NCBI GenBank assembly: GCA_963668025.2
Contig: CAXXTH010000008.1
Span: 1 to 64,000 of the forward strand
Length of the DNA stretch: 64,000 nt
DNA from: Candidatus Hydrogenedentota bacterium
GTDB lineage: Bacteria > Hydrogenedentota > Hydrogenedentia > Hydrogenedentales > SLHB01
Direction: 5' to 3'
This document shows positions 10,984-20,521 of the stretch, piece after piece. The translations under genes and the position numbers were made by a program. Under the pieces are notes generated by a model. That model was not told where the DNA came from. It did not search any database and saw only the letters and a list, made by a program, of their open reading frames with translations. Position 1 is the stretch's first letter. Every line of letters begins with the position of its first letter.

Positions 10984-11169
10984 CAGAAAAAATCATGCAC
11001 AACAGGATAAATCGACTCTTGAGCACTATTAGATGCGTAAGCCCTGTACATCCCATTATATTGCTTGCTTTTTACGGACAATATCAAGCGCCCACTGCTC
11101 AAGATTCAAATGAGATGAGTTACTACACTGCAATTCCGCAGGAACAGATATCCCGATCCCCAGGAGCAG

Positions 11170-11557
11170 GTGTCCCGAAGGGACATCCCACCACAGCCCA
11201 GGGCCGGCCACCGCCCGAAGGGCAAGGGCGTCCCTGGGTATGGATGAATCTCTGAATATGCCCTGCAAGGGCATCCCAAACGCGTGGGAGCATGCCTATG
11301 CTCAGTTCCTCGCGCATCTGGGGTTGCATGTCGGATTTCCCGTCACATACCGAAACTGCGTTTGGAATCCATCGTCTTGCGCAATCATCCGTACGCCCCC
11401 GCTTCGAGAATTCCAATACGACGAACTGTGTATATGGCATCATAGATTTGGGGCGCCCCTACAGGGCGTGTGATTGGTTCCGCTTGCACCCAGGGGCTCC
11501 CTTGCCCTTCAGGCTGCGGTCGGCCCTGGGCTACGTTGGGATGTCCCTTCGGGACAC
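11170..11557 (+). mobile_element. Decayed RAYT/IS200-like REP element, copy 1
   Basis: ~70-bp imperfect IRs (11170-11240 / 11487-11557) around remnants resembling MPQSL..L.LH and QYDE..IW. Confidence 0.65.
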
Positions 11558-11668
11558 GCCCATACCTCCGGCATGCAGGCCAGTACTAACGGAGACGCGC
11601 AGAGTAGGTATTTTCGCTGCGAAACTTCGCGTCTTCCTCGATATAGTCCTAGGGATTCATCGCTTTAG

Positions 11669-12333
11669 TGCGACCTAGAAACCCACGTCCTTTGGACGTG
11701 GTCATAGGGCCTTTGGCTCAGCCTGTTTGAGCCCATCGGCATCCCCTACACTCGTGTTGTTCCGCAACACCGAGGAAGGAGATGCCAATGAGTCGTTTCC
11801 GCAAATTATCACATGCGATATGGTATTGCCAATATCACATGGTATGGGTGCCCAAATACCGCTACCGGGTTTTGACGGGACCGGTGGGCAAGGAGGTCTA
11901 CACCTGTATCCAAATGTTCTGTGGGCAGCAAGGATGCGAGGTGCTCGAATTGAATGTACAGCCCGAGCACGTGCATTTGCTTGTGATGGTTCCGCCAAAG
12001 GTGTCGATATCGGATCTGGCGGGCATTTTGAAGGGGCGTACGGCGATCCGGATATTCAAGCAGTTTCCGCATTTGAAAAAGAAGCCCTATTGGGGCAATC
12101 ATTTCTGGGCACCTGGATATTGCGTGGATACCGTGGGGCTTAACGAAGAAATGATCCGCAAGTACGTGAAGTTCCAGGAAGAAGCGGAACGTCACGATGA
12201 ACAGCTAAAATTGAAGTACTGAACCAAGCGGTGTTGCGGAACACAACCCACGCTTGCATCCTTTGGGTGCAAGCACTCAGCCACTCTCTGAGTGGCCAAA
12301 GCAAAGCCACGTCCTCTGGGCGTGGTTTTTTAC
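11669..12333 (+). mobile_element. IS200/IS605-family element (tnpA only), copy 1 (665 bp)
   Basis: Subterminal hairpins CCACGTCC-TTT-GGACGTGG and CCACGTCC-TCT-GGGCGTGG; inserted 3' of TTAG, ends in TTAC, no target duplication. Confidence 0.93.
11782..12222 (+). CDS. tnpA: IS200/IS605 Y1 HUH transposase
   Basis: YHMVWVPKYR, HVH motif, LKG, FWAPGY, catalytic Tyr in IRKYV. Confidence 0.96.
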   Translation: MPMSRFRKLSHAIWYCQYHMVWVPKYRYRVLTGPVGKEVYTCIQMFCGQQGCEVLELNVQPEHVHLLVMVPPKVSISDLAGILKGRTAIRIFKQFPHLKKKPYWGNHFWAPGYCVDTVGLNEEMIRKYVKFQEEAERHDEQLKLKY

Positions 12334-12943
12334 ATATGCTATACATCCCATTATATTGCCTGCTTTTTACAGACAATATCAAGCGCTCACTACTCAAGAT
12401 TCAAATGAGATGAGTTACTACACTGCAATTCCCCAGGAACAGATATCCCGATCCCCAGGAGCAGGTGTCCCGAAGGGACAACCCACCACAGCCCAGGGCC
12501 GGCCGCCGCCCGAAGGGCAAGGGCGTCCCTGGGTATAAGCACCCCCTTATGAATTGTCCTGAAGGGACAACCCAAACGCGTGGGAGCATACCTATGCTCA
12601 TCTAAGATTGCATGTCTGATTTTCCATCACATCTCGAAACTACGTTTGGAATCCACCGTCTTGCGCAATCATCCGTACGCCCACGCTTCGAGAACTCCAA
12701 TACGACGAACGGTGTATATGGCATCATAGATTTGGGGCACCCCTACAGGGCGCGTAATGGGTTCCGCTTGCACCCAGGGGCTCCCTTGCCCTTCAGGCGG
12801 CGGTCGACCCTGGGCTACGTTGGAATGTCCCTTCGGGACACGCCCATACCTCCGGCACGTGGGGCAATACTAACGGAGAAAGAGATGAACCAGTAGATGG
12901 AACTATGCGAGAGGCTAAGTAGAACCTGTCACCAAGTGAAACA

Positions 12944-12971
12944 TACTCTCTGGATCTACTCTCTGGATCTA
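12944..12971 (+). repeat. 13-bp tandem duplication TACTCTCTGGATC x2
   Basis: Seen directly upstream of the SIR2 gene. Confidence 0.7.
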
Positions 12972-13033
12972 GTTGAAGAAGACACATGGAAGTGGTACAT
13001 TGAGACAACCTATGTAGGGAGGCTGATGAAGTC

Positions 13034-14227
13034 ATGAAAGATCCCAGAACTAACGGCAGCGATGAATCCAGCATTTTGGTTCCCGAAGCAGACAGCCTTA
13101 AGTCACTACAAGACAAGCCCTTCAAGACCGCGCTGGAAGAACTCAGGCAACTACTCTCACAGAGAAGACGCGCTTTTCTATTTGGAGCGGGATGCAGTAA
13201 ATGTGCTGGTCTTCCTCTAATGTTTGAGCTAACAGAAAAGATTAGGGAAAAGCTTAGAAGTGCTCCGGAATCTAGTGGGATTCTTGAGAAAATCATCGCC
13301 CAGTTTGCTGGGTCACCTCGCCAGAATATCGAAGACTACATGAGCGAATTGGTGGACCTTATTGCAATTTGTGAGCGTCGCTCCAATCGACAAGCTAGTC
13401 AGGACTCGGTTTCGATCGATGGCAACAAGTATGAATGTGCAACTCTTCTAGGTGAATATGCATTGATAAAAAAGTTAATTGGTGAATGCATTTCAACAGC
13501 AAACACGAATATAGATCATCATAGGTTATTCGTAAGAACCATTCATAATGTGCTTCGTTCCGGAAAAGCAGGACCGCATTCTGCCGTAGACTATTTTTCG
13601 CTGAACTACGATACCCTTGTGGAAGACGCACTTGCTCTCGAAAGGGTGACTTATGCTGATGGGTTTGAAGGGGGTGCGACAGGTTGGTGGAACCTAAGCA
13701 CTCTTGAAGATAAGAGTGTCGATGCGCGCGTTCTCAAGCTACATGGTGGAATTGACTGGCGACTTCTGAAAGAAGACCCTTTGCCACGCCGGATCCGAAA
13801 AGACCTGCTAGTGCCTGATGAAGCTGATCCTGTCCTGATCTGGCCAGCGGCCACAAAATATCGAGAAACACAGCGCGATCCCTACGCACAACTTATTGCG
13901 GTCTTAAGGCAAGCTTTGCGACCTAGCGGAGATCTGGGAGTTGTGCTTGCTATAATTGGGTATTCATTTGGTGATGCTCACATCAATGCTGAAGTAGAAT
14001 CTGCTCTCAAAGATTCGCATGAAAGGCTTACATGCGTCGTTTTCACCGAAGAGGAATATCCAACAGGTGAACTTGGTCGCTGGACTCAAGATCCCGCCAT
14101 GAAACAACAAATCCGAGTATATGCAAGAAAAGGCTGTTTTCATGGCGACAACACACATAAGAGTGAATCTGATTTGCCTTGGTGGAAGTTTGAAGTGTTA
14201 ACAAGACTTCTGGGAGGCGAGCGATGA
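13034..14227 (+). CDS. SIR2-family protein (NADase effector of Sir2-HerA defence)
   Basis: FLFGAGCS, SLNYDTLVE, LKLHGG, IGYSFGDAHIN motifs; ATGA overlap with herA. Confidence 0.92.
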   Translation: MKDPRTNGSDESSILVPEADSLKSLQDKPFKTALEELRQLLSQRRRAFLFGAGCSKCAGLPLMFELTEKIREKLRSAPESSGILEKIIAQFAGSPRQNIEDYMSELVDLIAICERRSNRQASQDSVSIDGNKYECATLLGEYALIKKLIGECISTANTNIDHHRLFVRTIHNVLRSGKAGPHSAVDYFSLNYDTLVEDALALERVTYADGFEGGATGWWNLSTLEDKSVDARVLKLHGGIDWRLLKEDPLPRRIRKDLLVPDEADPVLIWPAATKYRETQRDPYAQLIAVLRQALRPSGDLGVVLAIIGYSFGDAHINAEVESALKDSHERLTCVVFTEEEYPTGELGRWTQDPAMKQQIRVYARKGCFHGDNTHKSESDLPWWKFEVLTRLLGGER

Positions 14228-16059
14228 GCATGCGTCACCACAATCCAACTGACCCTATCGAGAATCTCAGGATAGGAACGCTTCTTGAAGTTGATGGTAC
14301 GCATATTATAGCGGAACTCGACAGTGGTATATCTGAACTTACCCGTGTTCATGGTGGTATCATCTATCCCATCGGACAATTCGGTTCCGTAATAAAAATC
14401 CACTTCGGACACGTCCAGATCTTCGGATATGTCAGTCGCCTCCGTATGAAAGCAGAGTATGAACGCGAAAAGGGAATTGTGTCGTCAGAGTCAGAATCCG
14501 AGCGAGTTATTGAGGCTGATTTGTTCGGCGAAGGAAGATGGGTTATAGATGGTAGCAGCAACTCTGGATGGAACCTTGAATTTGACCGTGGCGTTTCCAC
14601 ATTCCCGCTCCCACAACAGCGAATTTACCTAACTCCCAGAACTGAGTTGCAGTTCATTTTTGGTGCAGGTGGAAACGCCGCCATCCATATCGGGGAACAC
14701 GTCGGTTCTGGTGGTACGCCTGCCTATGCAGATATGAATGAACTACTTGGAAAGCATACTGCTATTCTGGGATCTACGGGATCTGGCAAATCAGGTGCCG
14801 TGGCGGCGCTCTTACACAGTATCTGTGATAGAGGGAATGAACTAAACCTTAAAAAGTGGAATCCTCGTATTGTTGTTCTTGACCCTCATAACGAGTATGG
14901 CAACGCTTTTTCCGACTGTTGCCGGATCGCCACAGACGAAGGTTCGCTTATTCTACCTTATTGGCTATTGAATTTTGATGAGACACTGGCACTTATCGTG
15001 GGAAAAACCGAGTTTGTAGCAACTTCACAATCCAATATCGTGAAGAACGCCTTATTGGCAGCACGGCGTGATGGAGCTAAGAAGCTAGATTTCTCTGAGG
15101 AGGAGATCGCCGCAATAACTGTGGATTCACCTATTCCCTATTCCTTAGGAAGCACAGACGGATTTGACGATTTTGGCTCAAAAAGCGGTGGGGGAGAGAG
15201 ATATACGTAACGTAGTCGGCCTGGTTGGGGCCATAAATAGCCAAAGACCTACTTGGTAATAATCGTTTCACAACACGAAGAATATAACAAGGTTATTCGT
15301 AAGCTCGACACTCTGAAGAAAGATGCCAGGCTTTCTTTTATGATGAAGGAATGGTGTGGTGATGCAGATGAATTGCGTTTGGTTATAGCTCAATTCATGA
15401 ATAATTCCCACCGCGTAACAGTTGTTGATCTCTCCGGTGTACCAAATGAAGTGGCAGGTGCCGCAAGCTCGTCGATCGCGCGATTACTTTTCTCGGTCAA
15501 GCTCTGGCAAACTAATGAAGAAAGGAAGCGCTCTCCGATACTCTTGGTCTGTGAGGAGGCGCATCGTTACGTACCGGAGAAAGGTGAAGCACAGTACGCA
15601 GCGGCACAGGAGGCCATTCAGCGTTTGGCAAAGGAGGGCAGAAAATACGGTATAGGCCTCCTACTCGTCTCCCAGAGGCCTAGTGAGGTAGATGCAACAG
15701 TCCTATCACAATGCAATTCCTGGATGGTTTTGCGGATAACGAACGACCGGGACCGCGATCAGGTTCGTTCGGTGCTGCCCGATTCCCTTGCTGGACTAAC
15801 CAAGGTTCTTTCGGGTCTGCGACGCAGAGAAGCCATCTTCGTAGGACAGGCGACGTTGCTGCCATCTCGTGTGCTTATTAGAGAATTAACCGATAGCCAG
15901 CTACCACGATCACACGATATAGATTTTGCTGCAGGATGGCAAAACGATCCCGTTAGCGATGAAGAACTTACGAGGAATGCTCAATCGTGGCGCTTACAAA
16001 GACGTGAATCATCAATAGGTCAAGCAGAACAGCCGCAACAAACCAAAACAGATACCTGA
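14224..16059 (+). CDS. herA: HerA/FtsK-family ATPase; reading frame disturbed at 15190-15270
   Basis: HAS-barrel N-terminus, GSTGSGKS, DPHNEY, CEEAH, EGRKYG, SQRPSE. The two ORFs are in the same frame and are bridged if three single extra bases are removed. Confidence 0.88.
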
Positions 16060-16115
16060 TAGCCACTTTCGATGGCTCTCTGAGAAAAGTCGCGGTTTCC
16101 TAAGGCGCATGAAGC

Positions 16116-16385
16116 CTATCCTCCGAACGCCGGGTGAAACACGAGGTTTCCGGTGGGCGTTGGGGGTTGCAGGGGGAGGATGAGGACGTATTGGGGCGGG
16201 ACGCCGGGCAATGCCAAGGCGGGGTCGGCTTTGAAATCGAACCGGATGTAGTAGTTCGGGCCGCCCACGAGGGCGGGTTCAGTGGGGAGCGCGCCGGGGG
16301 CGTGTTGGGGATGGCCGAGAAAGGCGTCGTATACGAGGCGGTGGATGGCCTCGCGCTCGGTTTCCCGTTCAGGACGAATATGCAT
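16116..16385 (-). pseudogene. Internally deleted GNAT N-acetyltransferase (YhbS-like)
   Basis: MHIRPE...AF...E N-terminus joined directly to LVGGPNYY.RF...FHPAF C-terminus; central motif A missing. Confidence 0.75.
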
Positions 16386-16491
16386 GGCCGTCTCCCTATA
16401 AACCTCGGATCCTTCAGCGAGCCCATCGTACGGGCAACGGGGCGGCGCGTTCAAGCCTGGATGAAGCGCTATGAGAGGTTTTTCTTCTTCC

Positions 16492-16538
16492 GTAGCATGG
16501 CCGTCCCGGCCATGTGCATGGGCGGGACGCCCATGCTA
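16492..16538. repeat. Inverted REP pair (GTAGCATGG...CCATGCTA)
   Basis: Same family as 3959 and 40195; its terminal TA is the IS630 target. Confidence 0.75.
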
Positions 16539-17734
16539 GTACCCCGTAAGTCCTAAAAGGCTGAATAAAAAAGTGTATCTTGCCGATATATCCAGAGGGA
16601 GGAATGGGTCTTTCCTTTGGAGGATAACGGCAATGCCCACAAAGCGATACGTGGTTCGGTTGACAGAAGAGGAGCGCCAGCAACTCCATGGCTTGGTAAG
16701 CAAGGGCAAGGCGGCGGCATACAAAATCAGGCACGCCAACATCCTGCTCAAGGCGGATTGCGACGGGCCGAATTGGAAGGACGAACAGATAGCCGAAGCC
16801 TTTGGCTGCCACCGCACCACGGTGGAAGAGGTGCGCAAGCGGCTGGTTACGCAAGGCATCGAATCCGCCCTGGGCCGCAAGAAGCGGGAAACGCCGCCGA
16901 CCCCGCGCCGACTCGACGGCGACGCCGAAGCCCGGCTGGTTGCCATCGCCTGCGGAAAAGCTCCGGAAGGCCGGGCGAAATGGACCATGCGGCTCTTGGC
17001 GGACAAACTGGTGGAATTGGGGATCGTGGATTCGGTCTCGCACACGACCGTCTGGGAGACGCTTAAAAAAACGAACTCAAGCCGCACTTGCGGAAATGCT
17101 GGTGATACCGCCGAAGCAGGATGGCGAGTTCGTGGCGGCGATGGAAGACGTACTTGAAGTCTATAAGCGCGGCCGGAACCGAGAGTATCCGCTGGTGTGC
17201 ATGGACGAACAACCGACGCAGCTCTTGAAGGAGACGCGAACGCCCTTGCCCGCCGAACCTGGGGAACCGGCGAAACACGACTACGAATACGAGCGCAATG
17301 GCACAGCGGCGAACTTCATGTTCACCGCGCCATTGGAAAACTGGCGGCGGGTGAGTGTGCGGGAGCGCAAGACGAAAATCGATTGGGCACAGGAAATCCG
17401 CCAGCTTGTCGATACGGATTTTCCCGAGGCGTCAAAGATCGTGCTGGTGATGGACAACCTGAACACGCACACGCCGGGGGCGCTATACGAGGCGTTTGCG
17501 CCGCAAGAGGCGCGCCGAATTCTGGAGCGGCGGGAGATTCATTACACGCCGAAGCACGGGAGTTGGCTGAACATGGCGGAGATCGAGTTGAGCGTGTTCA
17601 CACGACAGTGCCTGGACCGGCGCATGCCGGATCTGGCGACGTTGCGTTCGGAGGCGGTTGCGTGGAACGCGAGCCGGAACGATTCGGGGATAGGTGTGGA
17701 TTGGCACTTCACAACCTCCGACGCCCGGGTAAAA

Positions 17735-18399
17735 GTAAAAAACCACGCCCAGAGGACGTGGCTTTGCTTTGGCCACTCAGAGAGTGGCTGAGTGCTTGCA
17801 CCCAAAGGATGCAAGCGTGGGTTGTGTTCCGCAACACCGCTTGGTTCAGTACTTCAGTGTTAGCTGTTCATCGTGACGTTCCGCTTCTTCCTGGAGCATC
17901 ACGTACTTGCGAATCATTTCTTCGTTAAGCCCCACGGTATCCACGCAATATCCAGGCGCCCAGAAATGATTGCCCCAATAGGGCTTCTTTTTCAAATGCG
18001 GAAACTGCTTGAATATCCGGATTGCCGTACGCCCCTTCAAAATGCCCGCCAGATCCGATATCGACACCTTTGGCGGAACCATCACAAGCAAATGCACGTG
18101 CTCAGGCTGTACATTCAATTCGAGCACCTCGCATCTTTGCTGCCCACAGAACATTTGGATACAGGTGTAGACCTCCTTGCCCACCGGTCCCGTCAAAACC
18201 TGGTAGCGGTATTTGGGCACCCATACCATGTGATATTGGCAATACCATATCGCATGTGATAATTTGCGGAAACGACTCATTGGCATCTCCTTCCTTGGTG
18301 TTGCGGAACAACACGAGTGTAGGGGATGCCGATGGGCTCAAACAGGCTGAGCCACAGGCCCTATGACCACGTCCAAAGGACGTGGGTTTCTAGGTCGCA
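17735..18399 (-). mobile_element. IS200/IS605-family element, copy 2 (665 bp)
   Basis: Near-identical to copy 1, again 3' of TTAG; removing it restores the IS630 frame. Confidence 0.95.
17846..18286 (-). CDS. tnpA: IS200/IS605 Y1 transposase
   Basis: 146 aa with a few substitutions relative to 11782-12222. Confidence 0.95.
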   Translation of the reverse strand: MPMSRFRKLSHAIWYCQYHMVWVPKYRYQVLTGPVGKEVYTCIQMFCGQQRCEVLELNVQPEHVHLLVMVPPKVSISDLAGILKGRTAIRIFKQFPHLKKKPYWGNHFWAPGYCVDTVGLNEEMIRKYVMLQEEAERHDEQLTLKY

Positions 18400-18493
18400 C
18401 TAAAACGGCTTTATCCCTTAATTAAGGGCTGACAAGGTACTAGGCGTTTACTGGGCGTATTGAGTTCAATTCCAAGCAGGGGGAATAAAGAAA

Positions 18494-19474
18494 ATGGCGG
18501 CAAATGGGCGAATTCCGACCATTCACATAATCGCTGAATCGATCCCTCAAGCGTATTTCCGCGCGATGAAAGCCGTGTGGGAACAGGGTCTGGCCATTCG
18601 CACGGAATATGACCGCAAAAACAGTGCTGGGGAATATATTGATCCGCCGAGCCGGGATGCTCGAGTGCTGATCGAAGTGCTCGATCCGTTCGCCCAGCCA
18701 AGGTATCCCGCCCTATCTTTCTGTGAAATCGGCACGTATATCGCTGAAATCATGGGCGCTAAAGACCATCTCGTGGTGCCCATCGAGCAGCTTAAAGAAG
18801 CCCTTACTGGCGAATTAACCGCTAAAGAGTGGCCATATACCTACCATCAGCGCTTGTTCAACCATCCTTCACTGGATGGCTCCGTGGTGAACCAGATGGA
18901 AAAGGCCATCGAGCGGGTGGCGCGCACACCCTATACCCGCCGGGCCATGGCCACTACCGCTGAACCCAACATTGATGTCTATCTTAAAGAAGATGTGCCT
19001 TGCCTGCGGGAAATGCAACTGCGGTGTCCCGAAGATGGAGAAGGCGGCCTTGTGCTTAATCTGAGCACGACATGGCGTTCGCGCGATCTCTTCAAGGCAT
19101 GGGCGGACAATGTGATTGCGATTACCTTTATGCAGAGCCGCATCGCCCGCGAAATCAGCAAACGCTCGGGCGGGCGTCCGGTGCATGTGGGCAGCTATGC
19201 CGATTACAGCATGGCCATGCATATATACGGGCAGGATTTCGGGGCGGTGGGCGGCGATACCGAACGGGGCTTGCAGAGTTTCTTCGATACATTTGATGAA
19301 GAAGCCTTCATCGCCCGCTCGCTCACGAGCGAGCAAGCGCGGGAAATGCTCGTGCTGCCCCAGCTCGAAGGTTTGTTGAGCGAACGCAGCATCGAGCAAT
19401 GGCGTTTCCCCGATTCGGCCATCGCGTTGCTGCAGGAGCTCGTCGAGGATATTAAAGCCAGTGAGTGGGTTTGA
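18494..19474 (+). CDS. thyA: Thymidylate synthase-fold protein (archaeal-type ThyA-like)
   Basis: YTYHQRL, NQ, RRA, catalytic PCL, WRSRD, Asn in WADN, HIY motifs. Confidence 0.75.
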   Translation: MAANGRIPTIHIIAESIPQAYFRAMKAVWEQGLAIRTEYDRKNSAGEYIDPPSRDARVLIEVLDPFAQPRYPALSFCEIGTYIAEIMGAKDHLVVPIEQLKEALTGELTAKEWPYTYHQRLFNHPSLDGSVVNQMEKAIERVARTPYTRRAMATTAEPNIDVYLKEDVPCLREMQLRCPEDGEGGLVLNLSTTWRSRDLFKAWADNVIAITFMQSRIAREISKRSGGRPVHVGSYADYSMAMHIYGQDFGAVGGDTERGLQSFFDTFDEEAFIARSLTSEQAREMLVLPQLEGLLSERSIEQWRFPDSAIALLQELVEDIKASEWV

Positions 19475-19753
19475 GCCGCTCGTTCGTCCGAGGAGTAGGA
19501 GGAAGCTTGCTTCCCGGCAATATGGTCTACGAAAAAAGACGCCATTTGTCATGCAAACACATATATATTGCGGATACATATACATTACCCACTATATTTC
19601 GTATTGAAAAGCCCCATCAGCTTGTGCTAAATTTAAGTCCCGTTAGGGAACGGGACACATCTCATCGCCCTCCTAACATCAACTTTTCCGTGCTGTTTTC
19701 ATAAGTGCGCCCAGCCAGGCAATGGAGGCGTGTTTTTTTAGGAAAGGATAGCG

Positions 19754-20518
19754 ATGCAATCGCTCAACGCACCAAAAATACTTGCCGTGATTCCCGCCCG
19801 CTACGGCTCCACCCGCATCCCTGGCAAAATGATTGCGCCGCTGGCGGGAAAACCGCTTGTATATCACACCTATCTACGCGCAAAGGAAGCGGCGCTTGTG
19901 CATGATGTGGTCGTTGCGGTAGATGATGTGCGGGTTCAGGACGCCCTGGCTCCATATGGCGTGCCCACCATCATGACCCGTGCAGACCACGTTTGCGGCA
20001 CGGACCGCATCGCGGAAGTGGCGGAGCGTACGGAAGCGGACATCTTAGTGAACGTGCAGGGCGATGAGCCCCTTATCGACCCGAAAACTATTGACGCCGC
20101 CATAAGGCCCTTGCTTGAGCATCCCGATATCCCGATGGCGACGGCCCGCCGCCGCATTGATGACCCCGAGATGATAAGAGATCCCAACGTGGTGAAGGTG
20201 GTCTGTGACGCCAATGGCCGTGCGCTTTATTTTTCGCGCTGCCCTATTCCGTATATCCGCGATCAGAAACCCCAGGCCGCGGAAATGGAGCTGGGTTCCC
20301 ACTGGCAGCACATAGGGCTATACATATACCGGCGGGCGTTTTTGCTCGAATTTTCCCGATGGGCGCCCACGCCGCTGGAACAACTAGAGAAACTCGAACA
20401 ACTGCGGGTATTGGAGCACGGTTATCCCATCGCCGTGGTTGAAACGCAATACGCAAGCATTGGCGTTGACACCCCTGAGGATCTCGTCCGGGTAAACCAA
20501 CTGATGGCAGGAGAGTGA
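19754..20518 (+). CDS. kdsB: 3-deoxy-manno-octulosonate cytidylyltransferase
   Basis: IPARYGSTR.PGK, GTDR, NVQGDEP, ALYFSR, HIGLY, EKLEQLR, GVDTPED. Confidence 0.97.
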   Translation: MQSLNAPKILAVIPARYGSTRIPGKMIAPLAGKPLVYHTYLRAKEAALVHDVVVAVDDVRVQDALAPYGVPTIMTRADHVCGTDRIAEVAERTEADILVNVQGDEPLIDPKTIDAAIRPLLEHPDIPMATARRRIDDPEMIRDPNVVKVVCDANGRALYFSRCPIPYIRDQKPQAAEMELGSHWQHIGLYIYRRAFLLEFSRWAPTPLEQLEKLEQLRVLEHGYPIAVVETQYASIGVDTPEDLVRVNQLMAGE

Positions 20519-20521
20519 ACA

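Larger units (their letters stand above)
9441..11046 (-). mobile_element. ISAs1-family insertion sequence, copy 1 (1606 bp)
   Basis: 18-bp terminal IR CAGGGCTTACGCATCTAA; 10-bp target duplication TACATCCCAT at 9431-9440 and 11047-11056. Confidence 0.96.
9397..11595 (+). repeat. ~590-bp direct repeat, copy 1 (interrupted by ISAs1)
   Basis: 9397-9440 plus 11057-11595 aligns with 11643-11668 plus 12334-12879. Confidence 0.88.
11643..12879 (+). repeat. ~590-bp direct repeat, copy 2 (interrupted by IS200), with a second decayed REP/RAYT element
   Basis: Same sequence as copy 1 with scattered substitutions; IRs near 12466-12536 and 12771-12841. Confidence 0.88.
16633..18432 (+). pseudogene. IS630 transposase (orfA/orfB with A7 slippery site), disrupted
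   Basis: HTH orfA; AAAAAAA at 17065-71 gives KNELKPH; MDE, MDNLNTH, TPKHGSWLNMAEIE; C-terminus ARVK|LKRLYP split by IS200; extra 1-nt deletion near 17102. Confidence 0.88.
16539..18440 (+). mobile_element. IS630-family element, interrupted by IS200 copy 2
   Basis: TA at 16537-38 and 18441-42; imperfect IRs GTACCCCGTAAGTCCTAA / GTACCTTGTCAGCCCTTA. Confidence 0.9.

Noticed and set aside
12223-12333. tnpB or iscB gene in the IS200 element
   Set aside because: Only about 110 bp lie between the tnpA stop and the right end
11047-12879. CRISPR array or integron attC array
   Set aside because: No regular short repeat-spacer period, no cas or intI gene, and no convincing RYYYAAC...GTTRRRY pair
15190-15270. 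HerA as a genuine two-gene split or readthrough
   Set aside because: Protein-like sequence continues through the alternate frames, which fits small indels like those elsewhere in the window
11669-18399. Inverted IS200 pair mobilising Sir2-HerA as a unit
   Set aside because: Each empty site can be rebuilt locally (repeat unit; IS630 frame), so there is no sign of composite movement or inversion
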